Below are positions 8,585-19,400 of a stretch of DNA of 64,000 bases, piece after piece. The notes beneath the pieces were generated by a model. The model did not search any database. It had not been told where the DNA came from and worked only from the letters and a program-made list of their open reading frames with translations. Positions within the stretch are counted from its first letter, which is position 1; each line of letters begins with the position of its first letter. The DNA lies in assembly GCA_963701775.1 (NCBI GenBank), contig CAVPBH010000018.1, positions 184,568-248,567 of the forward strand, given 5' to 3'. The position numbers and the translations under genes are program-made. The DNA is from an uncultured Chloroflexia bacterium (lineage in GTDB: Bacteria; Chloroflexota; Anaerolineae; JAAYZQ01).

Positions 8585-9814
8585 TTGCCCTTCCAGGATG
8601 ACTTTGGCCGCGCCATCAATTACCTGCGCGTTTCGGTCACCGACCGCTGCAACCTGCGCTGCGTCTACTGCATGCCGCCCGGCGGCGTGGACAAACAGCC
8701 GCACGAACATGTCCTCAGCTACGAGGAGATGGCCCTCGTCATCCGCGCCGCAGCCGAGACCGGCATCCGGAAGGTCCGGCTGACGGGCGGGGAGCCCCTC
8801 GTGCGCCTCGGCCTGGCCGAGTTCGTGCGGATGATCGCCGCCATCCCCGGCATCGACGACCTTTCCATGACGACGAACGCCACGCTCCTGGCCGGGCATG
8901 CCCGGGCGCTGGCCGACGCCGGCCTGAACCGCGTCAACATCAGCCTGGATACGCTCCAACCCGAACGCTTTGCCAGCATGACACGCCGGGGCAAGATCGA
9001 GGATGTCTGGGCAGGCGTCGAGGCGGCCCGGGCGGCGGGCCTCACCCCCATCAAGTTCAACGCCGTCGTGATCCGCGGCCTGAACGACGACGAGGTACCC
9101 AGCCTGGCCGAGAAGAGCTTGACCGACGGCTGGCACATGCGCTTCATCGAGTGGATGCCGATTGGCGACACAGCCGGCTGGGCGGCCGGCGGAGCGGTGC
9201 CGGTCGCCGAGATTCGCGCGACGATCGAGCAGCGCCTTGGTCCCCTGCAACCGGCCCCCGGCCCCAGGGGGAACGGCCCGGCGCGCTACTTCCGGCTGCC
9301 CGGAGCCACGGGCACCATCGGCTTCATCGGGGCGCTGAGCGAGCACTTTTGCGCGTCGTGCAACCGCCTCCGGCTCACCGCCGACGGACGCCTGCGGCCC
9401 TGTCTTCTGGCCGAGCAGGAGGTCGACCTGCGGCCCACGCTGCGGGCCGGCGGCGGCCTGGAAGCGGTCCGGCAGCTCCTGGCGCAGGCCATCCAGTCCA
9501 AGCCCATGTGCCACCACCTGGACGAGGCACGGGTGCCCCAGGGCCGCACGATGTCCCAGATCGGGGCTAGGGGCCGAGACGGCCCCACGAGGGGTATACT
9601 ATGCAGCTTTCCCACGTCGATGAATCGGGCCGGGCACGCATGGTGGACGTTGGCGCCAAGGCCGATACGGAGCGGGTGGCGATTGCCCAGGCGCGCGTCA
9701 CCCTGCTTCCCGCCACGCTGGCCCTCATCCGCACCAACGCCGCGGCCAAGGGCGACGTCCTGGCCGTGGCCCAAATCGCCGGCATCCAGGCCGCCAAGCG
9801 GACGCACGAGCTGA
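8585..9814 (+). CDS. moaA: GTP 3',8-cyclase MoaA (radical SAM); the C-terminus appears frameshifted
   Basis: Carries the [10 protein letters not shown] radical-SAM motif and is full-length MoaA-like up to ...GRTMSQIG. The ORF then runs on for ~80 aa, overlapping moaC. One extra G in the atcggggctag run (~9568) would give the canonical ...MSQIGG* ending at ~9574. Confidence 0.85.
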   Translation: MPFQDDFGRAINYLRVSVTDRCNLRCVYCMPPGGVDKQPHEHVLSYEEMALVIRAAAETGIRKVRLTGGEPLVRLGLAEFVRMIAAIPGIDDLSMTTNATLLAGHARALADAGLNRVNISLDTLQPERFASMTRRGKIEDVWAGVEAARAAGLTPIKFNAVVIRGLNDDEVPSLAEKSLTDGWHMRFIEWMPIGDTAGWAAGGAVPVAEIRATIEQRLGPLQPAPGPRGNGPARYFRLPGATGTIGFIGALSEHFCASCNRLRLTADGRLRPCLLAEQEVDLRPTLRAGGGLEAVRQLLAQAIQSKPMCHHLDEARVPQGRTMSQIGARGRDGPTRGILCSFPTSMNRAGHAWWTLAPRPIRSGWRLPRRASPCFPPRWPSSAPTPRPRATSWPWPKSPASRPPSGRTS

Positions 9815-10086
9815 TCCCGCTCTGCCACCCTCTCCTGCTCACCCACATCTCGGTCGAGCTGGCGCCGGAGCAGTCCGGCGACGAGGCGTGGATCGACCTC
9901 AAGGCGACCGTCCGCACCACGGGCAAGACGGGCGTCGAGATGGAGGCGCTGACGGCCGTCAGCATCGCGGCCCTGACCGTCTACGACATGTGCAAGGCCG
10001 TGGACCGCGGCATGTGCATCACCGGCGTGCGCCTCGTCCACAAGAGCGGGGGCAAGAGCGGGGAATGGAACCGGGAGGAAGCATGA
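9601..10086 (+). CDS. moaC: cyclic pyranopterin monophosphate synthase MoaC
   Basis: 161 aa with MoaC family sequence throughout ([13 protein letters not shown]...HKSGGKSG). Confidence 0.9.
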   Translation: MQLSHVDESGRARMVDVGAKADTERVAIAQARVTLLPATLALIRTNAAAKGDVLAVAQIAGIQAAKRTHELIPLCHPLLLTHISVELAPEQSGDEAWIDLKATVRTTGKTGVEMEALTAVSIAALTVYDMCKAVDRGMCITGVRLVHKSGGKSGEWNREEA

Positions 10087-10535
10087 GCCAGGAGGGACGA
10101 GTGCTCGCCGTGTGCACCAGCCAGAAGAAGGGCGTTCCGAAGCGGGACATCGGCCGGGCCGAGCTGCGCGCCGACTGGGGTATCGTGGGCGACGCCCATG
10201 CGGCCGACTGGCACCGCCAGGTCAGCCTGCTCGCCTGGGAAAGTATCGAGAAGATGCGCGCGCTGGGGCTCAACGTGCGCGCCGGCAGCTTTGCCGAGAA
10301 TATCACCACCACCGGCCTCTGCCTGGTCGATCTGCCCATCGGGACGCGGCTGCGGATCGGCACGGCGCTGGTGCAGGTGACGCAGATCGGCAAGGTCTGC
10401 CACGACAAGTGCGCCATCTACTACCAGGCAGGCGACTGCGTCATGCCCCGCGAGGGCATCTTTGTCGCCGTCCTCGAGGGGGGGATGGTGCAAGCCGGCG
10501 ACGCCGTGCAGGTGGTGCCGGTGACGGCCGATTGA
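10083..10535 (+). CDS. MOSC domain-containing protein
   Basis: ~150 aa beginning [13 protein letters not shown], with the [13 protein letters not shown] signature. The ATG at 10083 overlaps the moaC stop. The longer ORF-track version starting at 9888 is a spurious extension. Confidence 0.8.
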   Translation: MSQEGRVLAVCTSQKKGVPKRDIGRAELRADWGIVGDAHAADWHRQVSLLAWESIEKMRALGLNVRAGSFAENITTTGLCLVDLPIGTRLRIGTALVQVTQIGKVCHDKCAIYYQAGDCVMPREGIFVAVLEGGMVQAGDAVQVVPVTAD

Positions 10536-10549
10536 AGTAGGCCGCGAGA

Positions 10550-11266
10550 ATGAGCCGGACGGCGAGCTACTACGACCTGCGCGATGCGCTGGCCCTGCCG
10601 GGCTGCCCGGTGTGCCGCTTGGCTGCGCGCGACGCCGAGCGCTATCTCGACGGCCTGTTGTGGGAGCACGTCACGGATCCCGGCGTCCGGGCCAAGGTCC
10701 GCCGCGCGCAGGGCTTTTGCCGCGACCATGCGCGGCTTCTCGACCGGGCCGGCGCGGCGCTGGGCGTGGCGATCCTGATGCAAGACGTGCTGCGCGCCGT
10801 GCTGGAAACCCTGGAAGGCGCGCACTTCCAGGCCCCGCCAGCGCTCTCGCTTCGCCGCGCACAGGAAACGCTCGACCCCGGCCAACCCTCGGCCGCAACG
10901 GCCGAGCTGGTGGCACGCCTGGCGCCCGGAGAACCCTGCCCGGCCTGCGCCCGCGCGGGCGAGATGGAGACGGTCTACCTGGACACGCTGGTAGAGCAGT
11001 TGATGGGCGAAGAGGGACTGCTGGGCGCGTACGGGGTATCCGGCGGTCTGTGCCTTCCCCATCTCCGGCTGGCACTGGTCCGGCTGCGCGAGCCGGCCGT
11101 CTTTGAGGCACTGGTGAGTGCACAGCGCGACATCTGGGGACGCCTAGAGGCCGACCTGCGCGAGCAGATCCGGAAGAACGACTACCGGTTCCGCGACGAG
11201 CCGTGGGGCGACGAAAGCAATGCCTGGCTGCGGGGGCTGGCTGCCGTGAGCGGAGGGCTGCCCTAG
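10550..11266 (+). CDS. hypothetical protein with paired CPxC...C-x2-H motifs
   Basis: 238-aa ORF in the Moco operon orientation. It has two CPVC/CPAC motifs with downstream Cys/His (CRDH, CLPH), suggesting a metal-binding protein. No family could be assigned from sequence alone. Confidence 0.5.
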   Translation: MSRTASYYDLRDALALPGCPVCRLAARDAERYLDGLLWEHVTDPGVRAKVRRAQGFCRDHARLLDRAGAALGVAILMQDVLRAVLETLEGAHFQAPPALSLRRAQETLDPGQPSAATAELVARLAPGEPCPACARAGEMETVYLDTLVEQLMGEEGLLGAYGVSGGLCLPHLRLALVRLREPAVFEALVSAQRDIWGRLEADLREQIRKNDYRFRDEPWGDESNAWLRGLAAVSGGLP

Positions 11267-13950
11267 ATCGTCTTCAGCCGTGGGTTCAGAATCCGGTCCA
11301 GAGCCGATGCCAGGAGGGCAAAGCCGAGGCCTGTCAGGATGCAGAGTGCCAGCGGCTCGATGAGCGCCACGTAGTTCCCCTGCCAGACCTCGGTGCGCAG
11401 CGAGGTGTAGATCAGGTTACCCCAGGTGGGCAGGGTGCCGCTGACGCCAAAGATCGCGAGCGTCGCCTCCAGAAAGACAAAGCCAGGCACGAGGATCGCC
11501 AACTGAGGGACGATCATGGGCGCGATGCGCGGGATCATGTAGCGCAGGATGATGCGCCCGCTGCCCGCGCCATAGGCTTGGGCGGCCTCGATGTAGGAGG
11601 CCCCCCGGACCTGCAGGAAGGCCGCCCGATAGGCTTTGACCGGCGTGCCCAGCGCGCTCACGAGGACCACGCTGCCCATCACCAGCCAGAGGCTGAAGCC
11701 AAAGAGACGCTGGAGGATCACGGCGATGGCCAGGACCGGGAGGACCATCGTGGCCTCCGTCAGCCGCTGGATCAGGCCGTCGAGCCAGCCGCCGCGCCAG
11801 GCGCCCGCGGCGGCCAACCCCAAGGAGATGAGCGTAGTCACGATGCCCCCGCCCAGGCCGATGACCAGGGCGGCGGGGGCTCCCCAAAGCAGGGCAGACC
11901 AGAGGTCACCCCGCTGGTCGTCCGTCCCTGCCCACCCCCAGACGCGCCCGACCAGGATGAGCTGCGCGTCCAGATCCGATTCCGTCTCAAACCCCAGCGC
12001 GTCCAGCTCGAGGGTGTAGGTCCCACGCAGGCTCTGCCCCTTCTCGTCTAGGGGACCGGTGAAGAGCGCGGTGTAGGGGGCCAGCCCGCCCTGGCCGCCG
12101 CCGCTGCCACTGGTGCGGAACTGGCCGGCGAGGGCGTGTGACGCCAGGTAGCTGGGGGGGATATTCTCCGAGAAATCGTATGCCTCGTCGGCCACGACGC
12201 CGCGGGCCGTGAGGGGAACCTCCTGCCCTCCAGGCATGATCCACCGGGGCGTGACAAAGACCTTGGACGATCCGCGCGCAAAGAAGCGCAGGACCATCTC
12301 CTGGGGGATCCCCTGGTAGGGATAATCGAACGTGAAGGTCAGGCGCAGGTGGCGGGCCGCGCCTTCCGCCGGCAGCACTTCTTTGACCGCCTGCCCGCTG
12401 CGCGAGTCCAGCGCGATGGTGGAGGGCAGGTCGACGGAGCGGAACCAGTTGACCCACACCGGCAACGCGTTCTGGGGAGGTGGGACCTCGCCCACCGCCA
12501 CGGGCGCGCCTTCGATCGTGGCAGGGCCGCGCGGGATCGCGACCAGGGCATAGACGGACATGGCCAGCAGACCGGCGATGATGGCCAAGCCGGCGACGGC
12601 GGAGGGATCGCGCAGCAGCTCGCGGAGGAAAGCTGCCAGGCCGGCGGCGCTTCGCCGAAAAGAGTGCCAACGCTCCGCCAGCCCGGCCCTCAGATCGCCG
12701 GCACTCGGGCGCCGGAGAAGGCTCCGCCGCTTTTTCCAGGCAGGCCGCTCCGGCGAGAGCGCGCCTTGCCTCGCCCGCCGCCGGGCGGTCACACGCATGG
12801 TCTGGCCGTTCCCACCCAGGCGGATGCGCGGATCCACCATGGTGTAGATTAGGTCCAGGAGAATGACCAGGAAGCCGAGCAGGTAAGCAAAGATGACGAC
12901 CGTGCCCACGGCGACCACGATGTCGTAGGTCCACAGCGCCTGGACGTAGGCCTGGCCGATGCCCGGCCAATTGAAGAAGAACTCGAGCGCCGTCGTCATC
13001 TGCCAAAAGCCGAGGAGCGTCAAAGAGAATGAGGTAATGACGTAGGGCAGCGTCGGGCGGAGGAGGTAGCGCCGCTCCACCATGCGGGGCGCCATGCCCT
13101 GCGCCACGGCCAGCTCGACGTACTCCTCGGTGGAAAAGACCAGGAAGAACGCCCGCCAGGCGGACACGCACTGGAGGAATAGGGTGAGCAGGATGGCCGT
13201 CACCGGCAGGATCATGTGCTTGGCGATCTGGAGCGCGGCCTGTCCCCTGGTCTCGGGGGGTACCGTATCGAATAGACCGCCGAAGGGCAGCAAGTGCAGG
13301 CCAACGCCAAAGACAAAGACCAGGATGATGCCGTGCATCCAGCTCGGGATGGAGGCGAGGGGGGTCAGCCAGCCGACGATCCGGTCAGGCCATTTGCCGG
13401 GCCGGCGGGCCAGGGCGAGGGCCAGCGGAATGCCAAGCAAGAAGACGACCAGGTCGGCCAGACCTACCAGGAGCAGGGTGAGGGGCAGCCGGGAGGCAAG
13501 GATGTGCGTCACGCGAAAGCGGGTGTAGGAGGGGCCCATCAGGGCGGAGAGGCTCGTATAGGTGCTCACGTCTTCGCTGTCCTTGGCGAGCGCCTCACCC
13601 CACCGGAAAGCCAAGGCGTTGCCGAGCCAGTGCAAGTGACGCGCCAGGTAGGGTTGATGCAGGCCGGCGGCCTCCTCCATGGCCTGCTTGCGGATCTCGA
13701 CTTCCTCTGCGGAGATATCGCCCCACAACCCTGCCGCGACGCGATACTCGGCACCGTACCAGATATCGTTCGCGACGACTGTGTCGATCGCCCCGCTGCG
13801 ATTCGCCAGCACGATGGTGACAAAGACTCCGAGCACGATGGTCAGCCCGATGGTGACCAGCCTCACCAGCAGGTATCTTGCCAGCTTGAGGACTCCCCGC
13901 CCGGCCGAGGAGCCCCTTGCTCCCTCTCCGGACTCGGCTCGGCTCGTCAT
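11263..13950 (-). CDS. fused ABC permease (OppB/DppB-like N-terminal TMD plus OppC/DppC-like C-terminal TMD) with a ~400-aa extracytoplasmic insert
   Basis: Two binding-protein-dependent permease domains lie in one 895-aa protein. The ATG at 13950 has GGAGG 7 nt upstream. The ORF-track start at 14331 adds 127 spurious residues. No cognate ATPase or substrate-binding gene is nearby. Confidence 0.7.
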   Translation of the reverse strand: MTSRAESGEGARGSSAGRGVLKLARYLLVRLVTIGLTIVLGVFVTIVLANRSGAIDTVVANDIWYGAEYRVAAGLWGDISAEEVEIRKQAMEEAAGLHQPYLARHLHWLGNALAFRWGEALAKDSEDVSTYTSLSALMGPSYTRFRVTHILASRLPLTLLLVGLADLVVFLLGIPLALALARRPGKWPDRIVGWLTPLASIPSWMHGIILVFVFGVGLHLLPFGGLFDTVPPETRGQAALQIAKHMILPVTAILLTLFLQCVSAWRAFFLVFSTEEYVELAVAQGMAPRMVERRYLLRPTLPYVITSFSLTLLGFWQMTTALEFFFNWPGIGQAYVQALWTYDIVVAVGTVVIFAYLLGFLVILLDLIYTMVDPRIRLGGNGQTMRVTARRRARQGALSPERPAWKKRRSLLRRPSAGDLRAGLAERWHSFRRSAAGLAAFLRELLRDPSAVAGLAIIAGLLAMSVYALVAIPRGPATIEGAPVAVGEVPPPQNALPVWVNWFRSVDLPSTIALDSRSGQAVKEVLPAEGAARHLRLTFTFDYPYQGIPQEMVLRFFARGSSKVFVTPRWIMPGGQEVPLTARGVVADEAYDFSENIPPSYLASHALAGQFRTSGSGGGQGGLAPYTALFTGPLDEKGQSLRGTYTLELDALGFETESDLDAQLILVGRVWGWAGTDDQRGDLWSALLWGAPAALVIGLGGGIVTTLISLGLAAAGAWRGGWLDGLIQRLTEATMVLPVLAIAVILQRLFGFSLWLVMGSVVLVSALGTPVKAYRAAFLQVRGASYIEAAQAYGAGSGRIILRYMIPRIAPMIVPQLAILVPGFVFLEATLAIFGVSGTLPTWGNLIYTSLRTEVWQGNYVALIEPLALCILTGLGFALLASALDRILNPRLKTI

Positions 13951-14095
13951 TCCTTCGCCTCCGATGCTGTGCGTCTGCTGTGAAACGCCGCGGGGGCGCC
14001 GGGCGTTCAGGGACAACCGGGCGCAGGCGCGCATGCCTCGATCTTGCCACGCGGGCGCACGTATGGCAAAATGGGAAGGACCAAAGGAGGTTGTC

Positions 14096-14988
14096 ATGAA
14101 CAGGAATAAGAGGAGCGATTCGGCGTGGCCCAACTCGAAGGAGGCGCCGTCCTGGCGGCCGGGCAGCACGCCACAGCGGACGCCGCCGCGCCGCTCCTCG
14201 CCCGGCTGCGGAAGACGGCTGCGTGCCTGGTGGGACGATTCCGGCTCCATGGCCGGGCTGATCGCGCTCGGCGTGTCGATGCCGGTGAGTATCGTCCTGT
14301 GCATCGTGCTCTGGATCGCCCACAGCCGCACGAACTGGCTGGTGGGGCTGACCCTGACGCTCTTTGGGCTGCCAATTCTCGTCTACGGGCTGATGCTGAC
14401 GCGGCGCCGCAACCGGCAGGTCGCAGGGGAGGGGGGCTGCATGATGCTGGGGGGCATCCTGCTCGGAGTGGCCGCCCTCGTCTTTGCCTTCTTCGTCTTC
14501 TTCAAGCCGGAGCACCGCATCGCTGAGATGCTCATGCTCAGCTTCCAGCGGGGCGTCAAGAACAAGGACTTTACAGTCGAGCTCGCCGTGGAGCCGGCGG
14601 AATACCGGGTGGGGGAGCGCGGCGCCGTGACGGCGACATCACCAACCGGAGCGACGTCACGGTCGAGTTCTCGGAGCTGGTGCTGGGGATGCCGAAGGAC
14701 TTTTTCGACGGCTTTGTGGTGGACTTTCCGACGACGCCGCCCCACCTGGAGTACAACGAGCAGTCGATCGGCGGGGACACGATCGTGCTCTCCGGCGAGG
14801 GGACGCGCATCGCGCCCGGGGAGACTTTTACGGCGCGGGTGGAGATCGTGGCCAACCTGCCGGGCAACTACAGCGGCAAGTTCACCTTCGTGCCGGTGTT
14901 CTCCGAGGAGTCGCAGGCGCTCGGGGCGGTGCAGGTGAAGGAGAAGCTGACGGTGACGATCCTGCCGGAGCGCCGGGACAGGCCGTAA
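14096..14988 (+). CDS. membrane protein, frameshifted at ~14630
   Basis: The ATG at 14096 has an AAAGGAGG RBS. The N-terminal half has 3-4 TM helices in one frame up to ...GERGAVT. The product then continues coherently only in the +1 frame (DITNRSDVTVEFSELVLGMPKDFFDGF...) to the stop at 14988. Confidence 0.5.
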
Positions 14989-15066
14989 GGGCCGGCCGGT
15001 TTGGCCATCCTGAGGTCCAGGCGCCGCACCACTCTTTCGCAAATGAGCTGCGTGTGCAATCGAGGC

Positions 15067-15095
15067 TTGCTCTCGCGCCCGATCTGGGCTACAAT
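15067..15095 (+). promoter_or_regulatory. sigma70-like promoter TTGCTC-17-TACAAT upstream of the antitoxin gene
   Basis: Hexamers and spacing are read directly. The antitoxin ATG at 15147 has a GGAGGTGG RBS. Confidence 0.4.
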
Positions 15096-15146
15096 GACTG
15101 GGGAGCCGTAGGAACCTCAGAGGGCTGAGGGGTTGGAGGTGGCAGG

Positions 15147-15398
15147 ATGGCAAGCCGACAGATCGTAATAGACATTCCAGAGAAGGTGCTTCTCGCCGAA
15201 AAGACAGACGAGAGCGCCTTCGCGCGCGAGCTCCGCGTCCTGGCGGCCGTGAAGTTGTATGAGCTGGGCCGCCTCTCGTCCGGTCGCGCTGCCGAGCTCG
15301 CCGGGATGTCGCGTGTAGCCTTTCTGACGACTCTCGGGCAGTATAGGGTTTTTCCCCTCGAGCCGGAGCTCTTGGACCTGGAGCGGCGGCGTGCCTGA
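15147..15398 (+). CDS. UPF0175-family antitoxin
   Basis: 83 aa (IDIPEKVLLAEKTDESAFARELRVLAAVKLYELGRLSSGRAAELAGMSRVAFL), matching the UPF0175 fold that pairs with DUF3368 toxins. Its stop overlaps the start of the next gene. Confidence 0.75.
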   Translation: MASRQIVIDIPEKVLLAEKTDESAFARELRVLAAVKLYELGRLSSGRAAELAGMSRVAFLTTLGQYRVFPLEPELLDLERRRA

Positions 15399-15894
15399 CG
15401 CCATCTGCAATACCTCGCCGCTACTCTATCTCTATCGTGCCGGGGCGCTGGATTGGTTGCCGCAGTTCTTCGGCCAGATCTGGCTGCCTGGAGCCGTCGT
15501 CAGAGAACTGCGAGAAGGCCGATTGCGAGGCTTCAGCGTGCCTGACCCCGACCAGTATGCATGGCTTACCGTGGTGGAGCCTCAGGCTGTGCCTTCTGAG
15601 TGGCTGGCGCTGGACTTGGGTCCAGGGGAACTTGGTGCCATGGCATTGGCGCTCGAGGAACCCGGACCGAATCGTCCTACTCGACGACGCCCTGGCACGG
15701 CGGGTTGCACAGGCAGCCGGCCTGGAGGTGTGGGGCACCCTCCGGATCCTTCTGAGGCCAAAGCCGCCGGCCTGACGGAGAGACTGAGTCCCCTGCTCGA
15801 CCGGTTGGCAGACGCAGGTATGTGGATCTCCGCCAGCGTCCGGCAACGTGTGCTGGCCCTGGCCGGAGAGTCAGACGAGCCGCCTAGCGGCTAG
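15391..15894 (+). CDS. DUF3368 (PIN-like) toxin carrying two compensating frameshifts
   Basis: The N-terminus (CNTSPLLYLYRAGALDWLPQFF...VVRELREG) and C-terminus (AKAAGLTERLSPLLDRLADAGMWISASVRQRVLALAGE) match DUF3368. The conserved middle (RIVLLDDALARRVAQAAGLEVWGTLRILL) is readable only in another frame between ~15660 and ~15753. Confidence 0.7.
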   Translation: MPDAICNTSPLLYLYRAGALDWLPQFFGQIWLPGAVVRELREGRLRGFSVPDPDQYAWLTVVEPQAVPSEWLALDLGPGELGAMALALEEPGPNRPTRRRPGTAGCTGSRPGGVGHPPDPSEAKAAGLTERLSPLLDRLADAGMWISASVRQRVLALAGESDEPPSG

Positions 15895-15960
15895 TCCCGG
15901 TGTGGGGTCTTTGCGCCCGTCTCACTCTCTCGGCCCACGCACCGGCAAGATGGTCAATCC

Positions 15961-16412
15961 ATGGACAAGACAAACACGCTCACCAAGATCCTGGCGTTCG
16001 TTGGGACCGCGCTGGTGTGGTTCCCGATCGTGGCGCCGTTCCTGTTGTCTGCGGCTCGTCTCATCCAGGCACGCAGGTTCCTGTTCGACTACCTGATGCC
16101 GGCCGAGTTGTTCCCAGCGGTCCTGGTGGGTGGGGGCTGCTGCTGTGGGCTGCACTGCGGGCTCGCTCGCGCCGAGGGCTGATCGCCTGGGCGCTGGGCG
16201 CGGCCGTTGCCTTCCTGGCCGGCTGCATGGGCCTGGCCGAGGTATCGGGGATGGCGTCGGGCGCGATCGAGGCGAGCGGTCCGTGGTTTGTGCTGGTCGT
16301 GGCGGGGCTCATCGCCTACTGCCTGGCGGTGGTGGTGCTGGGCGTCGGCGGGGTGCTTCTGTTGCGGGACCTGTTCCGGGCAAGCCGCGTGGAGGGTGGC
16401 GGCGCCGGTTGA
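15961..16412 (+). CDS. small membrane protein, frameshift at a G-run near 16135
   Basis: MDKTNTLTKILAFVGTALVWFPIVAPFLL... continues as hydrophobic helices only in the overlapping frame (LLLWAALRARSRRGLIAWALGAAVAFLAG...). The junction lies at tgggggctg. Confidence 0.45.
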
Positions 16413-16415
16413 CGG

Positions 16416-19400
16416 CTAGAGGCGGCTGCGAATCTTGGCGCGGATCGATTCGATCTGCCTGACCAGGGCGGCGCCTCCGCTCGCGAGCGCCAGCCGGTGG
16501 GCCTCGTCGGCCAGGGACAACGCCAGGCGCGGCTGATTCATGCTCAGGCCCAGGATGAAGGCTTGGTTTGCGAGCGCGGTGGCCAGCCCTTCGTCGTCTC
16601 CCAGCTCGCGGCACAGGCGTTCCTGATCCTGGAGCACCGGCACGGCACTCGCCAGGTCGCCGCGAGCGGAGTGGATCGCTAGCTGGTTTTCGAGTGAGGC
16701 TCGCAGTCCATCCCTGTTCCCCAGCTCACGGCAGAGGCGCTCCTGCTGCTCGAGCAGCTCCAACGCCCGGTCGAGGTCGCGCCGTGCCTGGTGGATCAGT
16801 GCCTGGTTGCCCAGACAGGCCGCCAGTCCCTCTCTGTCCCCCAGCTCGCGGCACAGAGCTTCCTGCTCCTCGAGCAGCGCCATGGCTGCCTCCAGGTTTC
16901 CGGCCTCATAGAGGAGCTGCGCCTCGTTGTTGAGCGATCTCCACAGCCCGTCTTTGTCGCCCAGATCGCGACACAGCTGGTCGACCTGCCGGTGCAGTGC
17001 CGCGGCTCCCGCCGGGTCGCCGCAGGCATGGAGGATCAGCGCCTGGTTTCCGAGCGAGGCCCGCAGCCCCTGCTTGTTCCCCGTCTCGCGGCACAGGCGC
17101 TCCTCCTCTCTGTGCAGTGCCAGGGCACCGTCCAGGTCGCCGCGGGCATAGAGGATGTTCGCCTGGTTTCCGAGCGCGGCGGACAACCCATCCGTGCTGC
17201 CGATCTCGCGGCACAGGCGCTCCACCTCTTTATGCAGAGCCAGGGCCGTGTCCAGGTCGTCTCGTGCATAAAAGATCAGCCCTTGGTTGCCGAGCGAAGA
17301 TTGCAGCCCATCCTTGTCCCCCAGTTCGCGGCAAAGGCGTTCCTGCTCCTTGTAGAGCGCCATGGCAGCGTCGAGCTCGCCGCGGCGGTGGAGGTTCAAT
17401 GCCTGGTTACCGAGCGATGCGGCCAGATTGGCACGGTCGCCGGACGCGCGATTCCGCTCGACCAGGAACTCATTCAGCGACAGCGCCTCGGCCGGGTGCC
17501 CGGTATCGGTGAGTAGCTGGGCAAGCCGCCACAGGGTGCCGGAATCGTGCGCGCCGGGCGCGGACAGCACCTCGCGGTAGGCAGCGACCATGCGCAGGGG
17601 CGAGCCGGCCTCGAGCTGTGCCCAGTACGCTTTCACCTGGAAGGGATCCGCCTGCCAGGCAGCGTTGAAGAAAGGTAGGCCGGCAAGCAACGCGTAGAGC
17701 CTCTCCCAGGCCCGGGCTTGGGCGAGCTGCCACGCCTCCTCGTCCACTCGCCGTGTGTCCAACACCCCGCGCCCGTGAAAGTAGTCTGCGAGGCGCAGGT
17801 GCACTGCCCGCTGCGCCTCTGCGGAGGGCACGTATCTGCGCTCGACGGCTTGCCGCAGGTAGTCGTGGAGGAATCCGAGCAGCCCCGAGCGGTCCACCAG
17901 CGATGCCTCAGCCGCGAGGTAGAGCGGCGACCAGTGTGCGCGCGGTAACGGGCGTGCCTCCGATCCCAGAAGATCCAGGAGCTCCGCCTCAGACAAGCCG
18001 CGCCGCGCGGCCCACAGGAGCGACATCGCCTCACCGACCAGCCCCGGACGATCGCGCTCGTAATCCTCCTCGTACCGCTCCAGGATCTTTTCGTAGAGCT
18101 GCCCCACGCTGCCGGCTGCCAGGGTTTGGCCGATCCGCTCGTCCAGGCGCTCGTGCACACCGTAGAGGCGCAGCTCCTCCAGCAGCGCGCGCAGGTAAAG
18201 GGGATTGGCGCACTGCGGCGCAGCCGCCAGGCGCTCGGCGCGCTCCTGGCCCAAGGCCTTGGTGTATTGCGCCAGGTAGTCGACGATGAGCCGCCGGCGC
18301 TCACCCAGGGCCAGCGGCTGCACCTCTAGCGCGGGCCAGCCGCGCTTCGCCAGCGCATCGAGCGGCCGGCCAGGCAGTGTCGAGAGCAGCAGGCGCACAT
18401 TGGCCGGGATCGTGGGCGGCAGCCACACCAGGTCGGGTGCCTGGTCGCGGTCCTCGAGTTGGTTCAGCCCGTCGAGGACGAGCACCACGCGCCCACGCAC
18501 AGAGGCCATGCCCAGCCAGTTGGCGAAGGCAGCCCGCAGGGCATCGGGCTGGTCAGGAATTGTGCCCTCCACGCCCAGCCGGCGCTGCAGCTCGCGCATC
18601 AGGCGGCGCAGCATGGAGGCCCAGTCGGCGCTGTGGGGCGCCGCCCCGATAAAGTGCGTGAGGACCACCGCGGGCGCGCCCGGGATGCGGTCGCGGTAGC
18701 GCAGCGCCCAGTTGGCCAGGAGGGCCGACTTGCCCAGCCCAGACTCGCCCTGCACCACCAGCGGCAGGCCGTCGCCCTCCGCGTACGCATCGAGCCGCGC
18801 AAAGTAGCGCTCGCCGCCGATGTACACCCCGGCCCGGCTGCGGGCAAACGCCTCGTGCTCTGCCGCCTCGCGGTCCAGCGGGTCGGGCTCCGAGCCCTCA
18901 GGGTAGAGCCGGTCTATGACGGCCGTCAGGTCGTCGAGCACCAGCTCGCCCAACACTTGCGGCGTCGGATAGATCTCGCGCACCGGCAGACCGCCGGCCC
19001 GGATGCGCTCCTTCAGACTCTCCAGCTTGCGCCGCTTCTCCCGGGCACGGCGGTGAGCCTCGGCTGCGCCGTACCGCGCCGTCTCCTCCGGGGTGGGCTC
19101 CCGGTGCCAGGGCTGCTCTTCGACCGGCAGGGAATCGATGTAGGATGGGCTGCGAAAGTAGAAGAAGGCATGCCCGGCCATCTCGGGATCGTTGAGCACG
19201 CCGTGCAGGATCTCCAGCTCCGTGACAGAGTGGCCGAGGTGCTGCGCCAGCCAGGGCTCCTGCGCCGCCAGCTCGGTGGGGATCTCGTCCGGCACCCAGC
19301 CGTAGCGCTCGCCCAGCAGCCCGATGAAGTAAGGCCGGCAGCGTCGAATCTCAGCCAGGCAGATGGGCAGTACCCGGCCTTCGGCCGCCTGCTCGTCGGT

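Noticed and set aside
8327-9517. 396-aa minus-strand ORF opposite moaA
   Set aside because: Antisense to the unmistakable MoaA gene.
14383-15153. 256-aa minus-strand ORF opposite the frameshifted membrane protein and the toxin-antitoxin promoter
   Set aside because: The sequence is Arg/Pro/His-rich. It overlaps a promoter and RBS that serve the plus-strand genes.
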